In this document: piece by piece, positions 1 through 9,626 of the stretch
Layout of the letters: each line of letters opens with the position of its first letter
Numbering within the stretch: position 1 is the stretch's first letter
NCBI GenBank assembly: GCA_963842525.1
Contig: CAWJGT010000003.1
Span: 1,504,001 to 1,568,000, forward strand
DNA from: an uncultured Holophagales bacterium
Lineage (GTDB): Bacteria > Acidobacteriota > Thermoanaerobaculia > Multivoradales > UBA5704
Reading direction: 5' to 3'
DNA length: 64,000 bases
The notes under the pieces: model-generated
What the model was told of the DNA's origin: nothing
Seen by the model: the letters and a program-made list of their open reading frames with translations, nothing else
The model's database searches: none
Program-made: the position numbers and the translations under genes

Positions 1-179
1 AGGGCTGTGAGCGTGGCCGCGAGCATCATTCCCGAGAACTGGGTCACGGACCGGGTCTGCTGGAAGAGCCAGACCCCCAGCGAGAAGCTGCCGAGGCCGG
101 TGCCCAGGTTGGATATCGTCTGCCCGGCCCAGATCGTGCCGTAGATCCGCAGCCCGTGCGATGCGCTCTTCCTTGCCAT
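1..179 (-). CDS. MFS transporter (DHA3/MFS_3-like efflux pump), N-terminal part, runs off the window
   Basis: Not in the ORF track. Manual translation from ATG at 179 gives MARKSASHGLRIYGTIWAGQTISNLGTGLGSFSLGVWLFQQTRSVTQFSGMMLAATLTA, matching the W.GQ..S..G...F.LG.W...T.S N-terminal pattern of MFS_3/MefA-like exporters. An AAGGAG RBS lies upstream. Confidence 0.8.
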   Translation of the reverse strand, partial: MARKSASHGLRIYGTIWAGQTISNLGTGLGSFSLGVWLFQQTRSVTQFSGMMLAATLTA

Positions 180-184
180 CTGCT

Positions 185-190
185 CTCCTT
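185..190 (-). promoter_or_regulatory. Shine-Dalgarno site (AAGGAG) for the MFS gene
   Basis: The minus strand reads TAG GAAGGAGAGCAG ATG between the NRPS stop (192-194) and the ATG at 179. Confidence 0.7.
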
Positions 191-191
191 C

Positions 192-3100
192 CTACGACCC
201 TGATCTGCCCGCTTTGGGAGACATGGCGCCGCGGAGCCAGCCGCCGAGCCGCCGGAGGGCGGAGGGGCGCGGCGCGCTCTCCCGCACCACCCGGGCCAAT
301 CCCTCCAGCGTGGGACGGGCGAAGAGGTCCGCCACGGGCACCGCATGGCTCCAGCGCCCGGCGATCTGCGCCAGGAGCCGGACCGCCTGCAGCGAGTCGC
401 CCCCCAAGGCGAAGAAGTCGTCCCGCGAGCTCTCGGGGCGCCGGCCCAGGAGCTTCTCCCAGAGGCCGGCCAGCGCGGCTTCCACCTCGTCCCAGCCCGC
501 GGCGACGCGGGCCGGCGGCTGCGGCGGGACCGGCAGGGCGGCGAGGTCCACGTCCCCTCCGGCCGTGCGCGGCAGCGCCTCCAGGCGTACGAAGGCGTCG
601 GGGACGAGGTGCGCGGGCAGGCAGGCGCGCAGATGGCGGCGCAGCTCGTCGTCGGACGGAGCGCGGTCCTCTGGGGCGGCCAGCCAGGCGAGCAGCCGTC
701 CGCCGGCTGCGGTTCCCTCCCGCCAGGCCACGGCGGCCTCGCGCACCTCCGGATGGCCGGCCAGGGCCGCCTCGATCCGCCGCGGATCGGCGCTGTAGCC
801 CAGGCATTCGGGGAGCGGCTCCGGCGGGAAGTCGAGGGGCCGGCCGGGGGGCGGGGTCGGAGACGCCTCGTCCCAGCTCTCGGGCTCCCGGGCGAGGCGT
901 TCGAGCAGACGGCGGTAGCCGGCGAGCAGATCCGGGACCAGTTCTGCAGGGAGGACCTCCTCCACCGCCTGGCAGATCAGGTCCAGCCGCCCATCGTCGC
1001 CTTCCAGGGTGACGCAGAGCAGCAGCACCTGCGGGAGCGAGATCCGCACGTCCGTCTGCGTCAGGTCGATGTCGAAGCGCGGCGCCTCCCCGGCCTCGGT
1101 CTCCGGCTGCCGCGGGGCGGCCGGGGTCTGGTCCACGATGCTGTCGAAGAGCACCGGCAGGAGGGCACGGGCGCCGCAGCCGCGCCGGCGGTTCCATTCG
1201 CGCAGCGCCCGGTAGCCGGGGAAGTGCCGGTGCTCGAGGTCCTCGGCCAGGCGCTGCTGGAGGCGCCGGGCCCGCGTGCGGAACGTCCCCGGCGCGCCGG
1301 CGCCGCCCTCCACCGCCAGCAGGTGCAGACTGGTGAAGGTACCGAGCAGGCGCGAGATCTGCAGGTGGACCTCCGGCCGGTAGACGCCGACCACGCCGAG
1401 CGTGAAACGCGGCGCGGCGCACCATCCGGTCAGCGTCTCGGCGAAGGCGGCGGTCAGCAGGCCGGCCGGGGTGAGCCCCTCCTGGGCGGCGCGCTGCCGG
1501 AGGGAGAGCCAGTCGTCCGCCTCCAGCAGGCGCTGGCGCCGCCACTCGATGCGCGGCACGGTCTCGGGACCGAGGTCGCGCGCCAGCGGCAGGCGGGGTG
1601 GCGGCGGCAGCGCGGGAAGGCGGTCCATCCACCAGGCGCGGCAGCGCTCGTAGGTCGCGGTGGCGCGGAAGCCGTCGATGGCGCGCGCCCAGTCGAGATA
1701 GGAGATCTCCAGGGCCGGCAGCGCGCTCTCGCCGCCGTTGAGGATCGCGATCAGCTCGGAAACGAGAAGGCCGCGCGTGTGGCCGTCCATCAGCAGGGCG
1801 TCGAAGCGGGCGTGGAGACGCACCCGGCCGTTGTCGAGCTGGTGGACGACGATCTCGAAGAGCGGCCAGCGGCCGGCGGCCGGGCGGGCGTAGCGCAGCT
1901 CGTCGCGGACGGCTTCCAGGTGGCGCTCGACGCGCTCAGCCGGCCAGCCGCTCAGGTCCTCCACGCCGACGCTGCAGGCGGGGAGCTCCGCGAGGACCTC
2001 CAGCCGGCCGTCCGGGAGCACGACAGTGCGCAGGAGCTCGTGCCGCGCGACGACCCGCTGCAGGGCCTGCTCCAGGGCCGGGGCGAAGGTCCAGGCCGAC
2101 TCGGGAAATTCGTATTCGATGTAGACGTTCGGGCCGGAGCCGCCGAGGTCGAAGAGGCCGCTGTGGCCGATCCAGAAGACCTCCTGGGCGTCGGTCAGCG
2201 GCACAGGCGCCGCGCGGTCGACCGGTCCCTCGGCGATGCGAGGAACCTCGGGGGCGCTCGTCTTCCTCTCTTCGATGTTCTCGATCTTCTCTGCCAGGCG
2301 GGCAATCGTGCCCGTCTCGTAGAAGGCGCGCAGCGGAAGGTCGATCTGGAAAGCGCTGCGGATCCGCGACACGAGCTGCATGGCCACCAGCGAGTGGCCT
2401 CCCACCTCGAGGAACTCATCGTCGACGCTCACACGCTCCAGAGCGAGCGCTTCGGCCCAGATCCGGGCGAGCAGCTCCTCGGTGGGGGTGCGCGGAGCCA
2501 CGAAGGGGCGCGCGAGGTCCAGCCGGTCGGAGCCCGGCGCGGGGAGTGCGCGCACGTCGAGCTTGCCGTGGACGGTGAGCGGCATATGGTCGAGCGGGAT
2601 CAAGGCGCTCGGTACCATGTAGTCCGGCAGCCGATCCTGGAGCGCGGCACGCACCGAATCGACGAGCCCTTGGAGGCTGCTCCAGGCAAAGCGCTCGTCC
2701 GCGTTCCCGGGGAGGGCCGGCGGTGCCTCCCGGTCCCCGGGCCGCACGGCGAAGACGTTGTACAGCCGGGTCCGCCGCAGCGCCGCGTCCTGCTCGACCG
2801 CCACCCGGAAGCCGCGGCGCTCGAGCATCCCGGTAACCTCGGCCAGGCGCCCGTCGAGGTCGTGGACCTCCACCGCGACTTGGCGGACCCGTGGCCAGTG
2901 CTCCTCGGCCAGGCCGGCGAGGACCTCCATCTCGCTCTTCTCCACGTCGATCTTGAGCAGGTCGATCCGCTCGACCCCCTCCTGCGCAATGACTTGCGAC
3001 AGAGTCTTGAGCTCGCAGTCGACGGTCTGGCTGGTCAGCCGCTCGTCCAGGAGCTCCTCGAGATCGACGCCGTCCGCCTGCGCCTCGCCGTCGATGAGGA

Positions 3101-6100
3101 AGGAGCGGACCACCTCCCGCTCTTCGGCGGCGTCGGCAAAGCGGCCGGAGATGACCGAGACGTGGGGGTAGTAGACGAGCTCGGCGCGGCCCTGGGCGGC
3201 GGCCAGGCCGCACTCGAAGACGCGGGCGTCGAGCCCGTAGAGCTCGGTGTTCAGCCGCAGCGGCTCGCAGACCTGCGGGATGGGCTCGAAGATGTAGTAC
3301 CGGGCGCGGCGCAGGTGGCGGGCCGCCCAGACCGAGAACAGGCCGATGTTGGCCCCCACGTCGAAGATGCAGGCGTCCTCCTCGAGCCGGATGCCGTGGT
3401 GCAGATAGCTCTGCTCCAGGAAGATCTCGCGGTAGAGGAATTCGGTCTCGCTGCGGTTCAGATGGAAGACCGGCATGCCGTTGGGAAGCTCGTGGAGAGG
3501 GCGGCCGTCGGTCCTCCCTTCACGCTCTAGGCGCAGGAGCTGGAGCACCGGCAGGGCGCGGTCGGGCCGCGGCACCAGATAGGCGGCCAGGAGCCGGTCT
3601 CCGTCCGCGCCCTCGCGGGCGACCACCCGCGCCTCGGCGACCGCGGGATGGCGCGCGAGGGCCGCTTCGATCTCGCCCGGCTCGATGCGGAACCCCCGTA
3701 CCTTCACCTGCTGGTCGACCCGGCCGAGGTGCTCCAGGTCCCTCCCGGCGGTGGTGAAGAGGGCCCGCGCCAGGTCGCCGGTGCGGTACAGGCGCCCGCC
3801 GGGCTCCGGGCTCCAGGGGTCCGGGACGAACCGCTCCGCCGTGAGGTCGGGACGGCCGAGATAGCCGCGGGAGAGCCCGCGGCCGGCCACGTGGATCTCC
3901 CCCGGCACGAACGGGAGCGCGAGCTGGCCGTGGCCGTCCAGGACGCAGGTCCGCAGATCGGGGATGGCGACCCCCACGACGCTGCCGGATCCGTCCGCGA
4001 GGTCCGCCGCGGCGAGCGGCCGCCAGGTGACGTGCACGGTCGTCTCGGTGATGCCGTACATGTTGACCAGCCGGGGGCGCTCGTCGCCATGGCGCTCGAA
4101 CCAGGGGGCCAGGGACTGGAGGTCCAGGGCTTCGCCGCCGAAGATCACCCAGCGCAGGGCCAGATTCCTGGGGGAGGCCGCCTCCCGTTCCGCCTGGACG
4201 AGCTGGCGGAACGCCGAGGGCGTCTGGTTGAGCACCGTCACCCGCTCGCTTTCGAGGAGCGCGAGGAACACGTCCGGCGACCGGCTCACCCAGAACGGCA
4301 CGACCACCAGCCGGCCGCCATAGGCGAGGGCTCCCCAGACCTCCCAGACCGAGAAGTCGAAGGCGGAGGAGTGGAAGAGGGTCCAGACGTCGTCGGGGGA
4401 GAAGCCGAACCAGGGCTCGGTGGCGGTGAGCAGGCGGGCGGCGTTGCCGTGGGTGACCACCACCCCCTTGGGCCGGCCGGTCGAGCCGGACGTGTAGATC
4501 ACGTAGGCGGCGTTGCCAGCCCGCGGCTCCCCCGGACCGGCGGGGAGCGGCTCGCCGCTCTCTGTCTCGATGGCGGCGCGGTCTGCTTCGAGATCGACCA
4601 CCGCGAGGCCTCCGGCCGCGGGCAGGCGGTCGCGCACGTGCGGCTCGGTGACCAGCACGCGGCTCACGCAGTCGGCGAGCAGGAAGGCGAGCCGCTCGGA
4701 CGGGTAGTCGGGATCCAGGGGAACGTAGGCGGCGCCCGCCTTGAGGATGCCGAGGAGGCCCACCACCATCCCGGGAGAGCGGCCGACGCAGAGCGCCACC
4801 CGGCTCTCCGGCCCCACGCCCAGGCGCACCAGGAAGCGGGCGAGCCGGTTGGCGCGGCGGTCGAGCTCGCCGTAGGTGAGGGCCTGCCCCTCGCCGCGGA
4901 CCGCCTCGGCGTTGGGACGGCGCGCCGCCGTGGCCTCGAACCAGCGATGCAGGAGAGGCGGATCGGAGGCCCCGAGGGCCTCTGCGCCATCCAGGAGCTG
5001 CCGGCGCTCCGCGTCGAGGAGCAGAGCGACCTCCTCGTAGCGCGCGTCGGGCGCGGAGGCGAAGCTGGCCAGAGCCGCCTCGTAGCGGCGCACGGCCGCG
5101 CTCATCTGGTCGGGATGGAGCTCGGCCCGGTCGTACTGAAGGCGCAGAAGGAGGTGGGAGCCGAAGGGGTCGAGGTTGAAGCTCGCCATGTAGGTGAAGT
5201 TGATCTCCTCGTGGTACGTGCCGCCCAGGGTGCTGATCTCCGGGAACTGCTCCAACCCCTGGTAGATGTGGAAGTGCACGTACCCGAACGCCGCCTCGTA
5301 GAGCGGCCGGCCGCCCATTTCGCGCTGGAGGTCCACCATGGGATACCGCCGGTGCGGGAGCATTCCGCTCTCCGCCTCGAAGGCCTGCCGCGCCAGCTCC
5401 CGCCACGTGCCTCCGGCAAGGCGCAGGCGGACGGGAGGCGTGTTGAGGAAGAGGCCCAGCACCCGCTCGCCCTCGTCCTCTTCGAGCCGGCCGTTGCTGA
5501 CCATGCCGCTGACCACCTCCTCGGACCCGGAGAGCACCGACAGCACCCGCGAATGGGCGGCGAGGAGCACGCTCTTCAAGGGCAGGCCGGAGGCGCGGGA
5601 GAGGGCCCGCAGGTCCTCGCTCAGCCCGGGCGGCAGCGGCACCTCCACGAGCCCGGCGCCGCGCTCTCCCTGCCGGCCCGGCAGGGGGTGCCAGCGGGCG
5701 ATGGGCGAGACCCTGGCGCCGGCGAGGAGATCGCGCCAGTATCTGCGGCTGTCCTCGGAGGCCGCGGCCTGGCGTTCGAGCGCCACGAACTGCCGGTAGG
5801 AGCCGCCCGTTCCCAGCGCGGGAGGCTCGTCCCCCCGGAGCAGGGCCAGGTAGGTCCGGAACAGCTCCGCCATCAGCGTCGCCACGCTCCAGCCGTCGAG
5901 GATGGCGTGGTGGAAGCTCATGGAGAGCTGAAAGCTCTCTTCGCTCCGCCGGTCGATGCGGAAGCGCGCCAGGGGGGCACAGGCCCATTCGAAGGGCCGC
6001 CGCTTCTCCTCCTCGGTCCAGGCCGCCAGGGCCTCCTCCTGCCGCCCGGGGTCGAGGGCGCGCAGGTCCCCGAATTCCAGATCGAGCCCCACCTCGCGCT

Positions 6101-9100
6101 GCACGAGCTGGAGGGGCTCGCCGAAGCTGATCATGTCGAACGAGGTGCGCAGCACCGGGTGAGCGGTCACGACGTGCTCGAAGGCGCGGCGGAGCAGCCC
6201 GCTGTCGAACGGCGCGCGGAGATGGTTGGTGTAGATGTCGTGATAGACGGCGCTCTCCGGGGTGAGCTCGCTGTGGAAGAGCATGCCCGCCTGCAGGCGC
6301 GAGAGGGGGTAGGCATCCTCGACGCCCGCGGGCATACGCTCCCTCTCCTCCGCCGTCACCAGATCGAACGGCGCGGTCCGGAGCGGCGGCTCTGCTGCGA
6401 GGCTGGCGGCGCGGGCCAGGTCCCGCACGGTCTGATGCTGGAAGAGCTGCTGCAGGGTCAGGTGCATCCCCGTCTGCCGGACGCGGGAGAGGAGGCGGAT
6501 GCTCAAGATCGAGTCGCCGCCCAGGGCGAAGAAGTTGTCGAGCGCGCCGACCCGGTCGAGACCGAGGACCTCGGCCCAGAGGCTCGCGAGGATCTCCTCG
6601 CGGGCGGTGGCCGGGGGCTCGTAGGCGGTCTCCGGCGTTGCCGGGTCCGGGGCGGGAAGGGCCCGGCGGTCGAGCTTGCCGTTGGGCGATAGCGGCAGGG
6701 CGTCCAGCCGCACGCAGGCGGCGAGCAGCATGTAGTCGGGAAGCCGCTCGGCGGCGAAGCGGCGCAGGGTCTCCAGCGAAGGGGAGCGGTCCGGCGCGGG
6801 GACGATGTAGGCCACCAGCCGCTTCGTGCCGCCGTCCTCGCGGGCGAGCACCACGGCCTCGCGCACCTCCGGGTGCTCCGCCAGCACGCTCTCGACCTCG
6901 CCCAGCTCGATGCGGAAGCCGCGCACCTTGACCTGGTGGTCGATCCGCCCCAGGTACTCGATGGCGCCGTCGATCCGGGTGCGGGCGAGGTCGCCGGTGC
7001 GGTAGAGGCGGGCTCCCGGCTCGCCCGGGCCGGCGTACGGATCGGGCACGAACCGCTCGGCCGTCAGCGCGGACCGGTCGAGGTAGGCCCGGCCCACGTT
7101 CAAGCCGCCGATGCACAGCTCGCCCGGCACGCCGAGCGGGGCCGTCCGCCCACCCGTGTCGAGCAGGTGAATGCGGGTGTTGGCGATCGGGCGGCCGATC
7201 GGAACCGGCGTCCGGGCACCGGCGCAGCTCCAGCGCGTGACGTCGACGGCGGCCTCGGTCGGACCGTAAAGGTTCTCCAGACGGGCCGCCGGCAGGCGTT
7301 CGCCGCACCGCCGCGCGAGCTCGGCCGGGAGAGCCTCGCCGCTCGCCACGACCAGCCGGAGGGTCCTGCAGGCCGGGAGATCCGCCTCCTCCAGGAAGGC
7401 CTGGAGCATGGACGGGACGAAGTGCAGCACCGTGACTCCTTCGGCCCGGATCAGGCCGGCCAGATAGGCGGGGTCGCGGTGACCGCCCGGCCGCGCCAGG
7501 ACCAGCCGGGCGCCGGCGAGCAGCGGCCAGAAGAGCTCCCAGACCGAGACGTCGAAGCTGAACGGGGTCTTCTGGAGCACCGTGTCCGCCGGGGTCAGGC
7601 GGTAGGCGTCCTGCATCCAGACCAGGCGGTTGACGATCGCCCGGTGGTGCACCATGGCCCCCTTGGGCCGCCCCGTGGAGCCGGAGGTGTAGATCACATA
7701 GGCGAGCCCCGAGCCGCCGGCCGGAACCTCGGGACCAGGCTCCGCGGTCTCCTCGAAGGCATCGAGGCAGAGCACCGGCCCGGCGAACGGGGGCAGCGAC
7801 GGCAGCAGCCGCTCCTGGGTCAGAAGGGCCGCCGGCCGGGAGTCCTCCAGCAGATAGGCCAGCCGGTCGCGCGGGTAGTCGGGGTCGAGGGGCACGTAGG
7901 CGGCCCCGGCCTCGAGAGTGCCGAGGAGGGCGACCATCAGCTCGGCGGATCGCTCCATGGCGATCCCCACCCGGCTCTCGGGGCCGCAGCCCAGGGCACG
8001 CAGGCGGGCGGTGAGCGCGCGGGCGCGGCTCCCGAGCTCCGCCCAGGTCAGGCCGCGGCCTTCGAACGTGACGGCCACGGCCCCGGGGGTCCGCCGCTCC
8101 TGCGCGGCCACGAGCCCGTGCAGCGAGGGCTCCCCGGAAAGCTCGGGATAGCCCGAGAGGGTGTCGTTCCACTCGCGCTCGACCTGGTGGGCCTCGGCGG
8201 CGGAGAGCAGGGGCAGGGCCGACAGCGGGAGCAGGGGTTGGGCGGCGGCCGCTGCCACCAATGCCTCGAAGCGGCGGGCGAACCGCTGTGCCGTCGGCGG
8301 ATCGAACAGGTCGGTGCGGTACTCCAGGTCCCCTTCGATGCCACGCGGCCCCTCCATGAGGATGAGATGGAGGTCGAACTGCGCCGTGCGCACCTCGAAG
8401 CCGTAGGGGCTCAGGGCCAGGCCGTCCGGCCTCTCACCCCCTGCCGCCGGCAGGTTCTGGAAGGTGAGCACCACCTGGAACAGCGGGCTGCGCGACAGAT
8501 CCCGGGGGAGGTCGAGGGCGTCCACCAGCTTCTCGAACGGCAGGTCCTGGTGCGTGCCGGCATCCATCACCATGGCGCGGATCCGCGGCAGGAGATCCTG
8601 GAAGAGGGGGTCGCCCGCGAGGTCGAGGCGCAGCACCAGGGTGTTGACGAAGAACCCGATGAGGCTCTCGATCTCTGGGCGGTTGCGGCCCGCGACGGGA
8701 GTGCCGATCAGAAGGTCCTCCTGTCCGGTGGCGCGCAGCAACAGGGTGCCGAACGCCGCCGCCAGGGCCATGAACGGCGTGGCACCGCACGCGCGGGCGA
8801 CCTCGCGGAGGGCCGCGGCGGTGGCGGCCGGCACGGCCACGGGCTCGCGGCGGCCGTGGAAGGTCTGCACCGGGGGGCGCGGCCGGTCGGCCGGCAGCTC
8901 CAGGGCGGTGGGGGCGCCCGCCAGGCGCTCCCGCCAGAAGCGCAGGTGCGACTCCAGCACCTCTCCCTGGAGGTGGCCCCGCTGCCATTCGGCGAAGTCC
9001 GGGTACTGGATCGGCAGCTCCGGCAGCGGCGATGGGAGCCCGGCGGCGTAGAGCGTGGTCAGCTCGCGCACCAGGAGGCCCATCGACCAGCCGTCGGAGA

Positions 9101-9626
9101 CGGCGTGGTGCATACCCAGGACGAGGACATGCTCGTCCGTACCCAGGCGCAGGAGGAGCGGCACGAAGAGGGGTCCGCGCGCAAGATCAAATGGCTGGAG
9201 GCGCAGCGCGCCGGCCAGGCGGGCCATCTCGGCCGCGCAGGCGGCCTCGGGAAGCGCCGCGAGGTCGGCCCGCGGCAGCCCCGTCCCTGTCCAGGGTTGG
9301 ACGGCCTGGACCGGCTCTCCGTCCGTGGCCGGAAAGGTGGTGCGCAGCGCCTCGTGCCGGCGGACGACCTCGGCCAGGGCGCGCTGGAGAGCCGGTCCGT
9401 CGAGATCGCCGCGGAGGTGAACCGCTTCCATCAGGTTGTAGGCCGGGCTTACCGGGTCGAGCTGGTGCAGGAACCAGAGCCGCTGCTGGCCGAAGGAGAG
9501 GCGGGCCGGCCCGGTCCCGGCGCGGCGGGGGATCCGCTGCGGCGCCTCGGCGGCGAAGCCTTCCTTGCGCAGGAGCCGGGCGCGCAGCAGGCGCCGCTTG
9601 TCGGAGGTGGACAGGGCCTCGGTCAT
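192..9626 (-). CDS. Terminal NRPS (~3144 aa): C-A(Ser)-PCP-C(DCL-like)-A(Thr)[FkbM-type MT]-PCP-Cy-A_sub(vestigial)-PCP, no TE
   Basis: The true start is MTEALSTSDKRRLL at 9626 (ATGA overlap with the upstream stop). Motifs: HHAVSDG; Ser code DVWHVSLVDK; GGDS PCP; HHAILDG; Thr code DFWNIGMVHK; MT motifs FDVGANIG and LLKIDVE inside the A domain; Cy motifs PLTDAQEVFWIG and DALLMDG; final PCP FFALGGDSL. Confidence 0.93.
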   Translation of the reverse strand: MTEALSTSDKRRLLRARLLRKEGFAAEAPQRIPRRAGTGPARLSFGQQRLWFLHQLDPVSPAYNLMEAVHLRGDLDGPALQRALAEVVRRHEALRTTFPATDGEPVQAVQPWTGTGLPRADLAALPEAACAAEMARLAGALRLQPFDLARGPLFVPLLLRLGTDEHVLVLGMHHAVSDGWSMGLLVRELTTLYAAGLPSPLPELPIQYPDFAEWQRGHLQGEVLESHLRFWRERLAGAPTALELPADRPRPPVQTFHGRREPVAVPAATAAALREVARACGATPFMALAAAFGTLLLRATGQEDLLIGTPVAGRNRPEIESLIGFFVNTLVLRLDLAGDPLFQDLLPRIRAMVMDAGTHQDLPFEKLVDALDLPRDLSRSPLFQVVLTFQNLPAAGGERPDGLALSPYGFEVRTAQFDLHLILMEGPRGIEGDLEYRTDLFDPPTAQRFARRFEALVAAAAAQPLLPLSALPLLSAAEAHQVEREWNDTLSGYPELSGEPSLHGLVAAQERRTPGAVAVTFEGRGLTWAELGSRARALTARLRALGCGPESRVGIAMERSAELMVALLGTLEAGAAYVPLDPDYPRDRLAYLLEDSRPAALLTQERLLPSLPPFAGPVLCLDAFEETAEPGPEVPAGGSGLAYVIYTSGSTGRPKGAMVHHRAIVNRLVWMQDAYRLTPADTVLQKTPFSFDVSVWELFWPLLAGARLVLARPGGHRDPAYLAGLIRAEGVTVLHFVPSMLQAFLEEADLPACRTLRLVVASGEALPAELARRCGERLPAARLENLYGPTEAAVDVTRWSCAGARTPVPIGRPIANTRIHLLDTGGRTAPLGVPGELCIGGLNVGRAYLDRSALTAERFVPDPYAGPGEPGARLYRTGDLARTRIDGAIEYLGRIDHQVKVRGFRIELGEVESVLAEHPEVREAVVLAREDGGTKRLVAYIVPAPDRSPSLETLRRFAAERLPDYMLLAACVRLDALPLSPNGKLDRRALPAPDPATPETAYEPPATAREEILASLWAEVLGLDRVGALDNFFALGGDSILSIRLLSRVRQTGMHLTLQQLFQHQTVRDLARAASLAAEPPLRTAPFDLVTAEERERMPAGVEDAYPLSRLQAGMLFHSELTPESAVYHDIYTNHLRAPFDSGLLRRAFEHVVTAHPVLRTSFDMISFGEPLQLVQREVGLDLEFGDLRALDPGRQEEALAAWTEEEKRRPFEWACAPLARFRIDRRSEESFQLSMSFHHAILDGWSVATLMAELFRTYLALLRGDEPPALGTGGSYRQFVALERQAAASEDSRRYWRDLLAGARVSPIARWHPLPGRQGERGAGLVEVPLPPGLSEDLRALSRASGLPLKSVLLAAHSRVLSVLSGSEEVVSGMVSNGRLEEDEGERVLGLFLNTPPVRLRLAGGTWRELARQAFEAESGMLPHRRYPMVDLQREMGGRPLYEAAFGYVHFHIYQGLEQFPEISTLGGTYHEEINFTYMASFNLDPFGSHLLLRLQYDRAELHPDQMSAAVRRYEAALASFASAPDARYEEVALLLDAERRQLLDGAEALGASDPPLLHRWFEATAARRPNAEAVRGEGQALTYGELDRRANRLARFLVRLGVGPESRVALCVGRSPGMVVGLLGILKAGAAYVPLDPDYPSERLAFLLADCVSRVLVTEPHVRDRLPAAGGLAVVDLEADRAAIETESGEPLPAGPGEPRAGNAAYVIYTSGSTGRPKGVVVTHGNAARLLTATEPWFGFSPDDVWTLFHSSAFDFSVWEVWGALAYGGRLVVVPFWVSRSPDVFLALLESERVTVLNQTPSAFRQLVQAEREAASPRNLALRWVIFGGEALDLQSLAPWFERHGDERPRLVNMYGITETTVHVTWRPLAAADLADGSGSVVGVAIPDLRTCVLDGHGQLALPFVPGEIHVAGRGLSRGYLGRPDLTAERFVPDPWSPEPGGRLYRTGDLARALFTTAGRDLEHLGRVDQQVKVRGFRIEPGEIEAALARHPAVAEARVVAREGADGDRLLAAYLVPRPDRALPVLQLLRLEREGRTDGRPLHELPNGMPVFHLNRSETEFLYREIFLEQSYLHHGIRLEEDACIFDVGANIGLFSVWAARHLRRARYYIFEPIPQVCEPLRLNTELYGLDARVFECGLAAAQGRAELVYYPHVSVISGRFADAAEEREVVRSFLIDGEAQADGVDLEELLDERLTSQTVDCELKTLSQVIAQEGVERIDLLKIDVEKSEMEVLAGLAEEHWPRVRQVAVEVHDLDGRLAEVTGMLERRGFRVAVEQDAALRRTRLYNVFAVRPGDREAPPALPGNADERFAWSSLQGLVDSVRAALQDRLPDYMVPSALIPLDHMPLTVHGKLDVRALPAPGSDRLDLARPFVAPRTPTEELLARIWAEALALERVSVDDEFLEVGGHSLVAMQLVSRIRSAFQIDLPLRAFYETGTIARLAEKIENIEERKTSAPEVPRIAEGPVDRAAPVPLTDAQEVFWIGHSGLFDLGGSGPNVYIEYEFPESAWTFAPALEQALQRVVARHELLRTVVLPDGRLEVLAELPACSVGVEDLSGWPAERVERHLEAVRDELRYARPAAGRWPLFEIVVHQLDNGRVRLHARFDALLMDGHTRGLLVSELIAILNGGESALPALEISYLDWARAIDGFRATATYERCRAWWMDRLPALPPPPRLPLARDLGPETVPRIEWRRQRLLEADDWLSLRQRAAQEGLTPAGLLTAAFAETLTGWCAAPRFTLGVVGVYRPEVHLQISRLLGTFTSLHLLAVEGGAGAPGTFRTRARRLQQRLAEDLEHRHFPGYRALREWNRRRGCGARALLPVLFDSIVDQTPAAPRQPETEAGEAPRFDIDLTQTDVRISLPQVLLLCVTLEGDDGRLDLICQAVEEVLPAELVPDLLAGYRRLLERLAREPESWDEASPTPPPGRPLDFPPEPLPECLGYSADPRRIEAALAGHPEVREAAVAWREGTAAGGRLLAWLAAPEDRAPSDDELRRHLRACLPAHLVPDAFVRLEALPRTAGGDVDLAALPVPPQPPARVAAGWDEVEAALAGLWEKLLGRRPESSRDDFFALGGDSLQAVRLLAQIAGRWSHAVPVADLFARPTLEGLARVVRESAPRPSALRRLGGWLRGAMSPKAGRSGS
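2750..3500 (-). other. FkbM-family methyltransferase domain embedded in the Thr A domain (approximate limits)
   Basis: LYREIF...YLHHGI, CIFDVGANIG, FEPIP and IDLLKIDVEKSE lie between A8 (VKVRGFRIE) and A9 (LPDYMVP). Confidence 0.85.
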
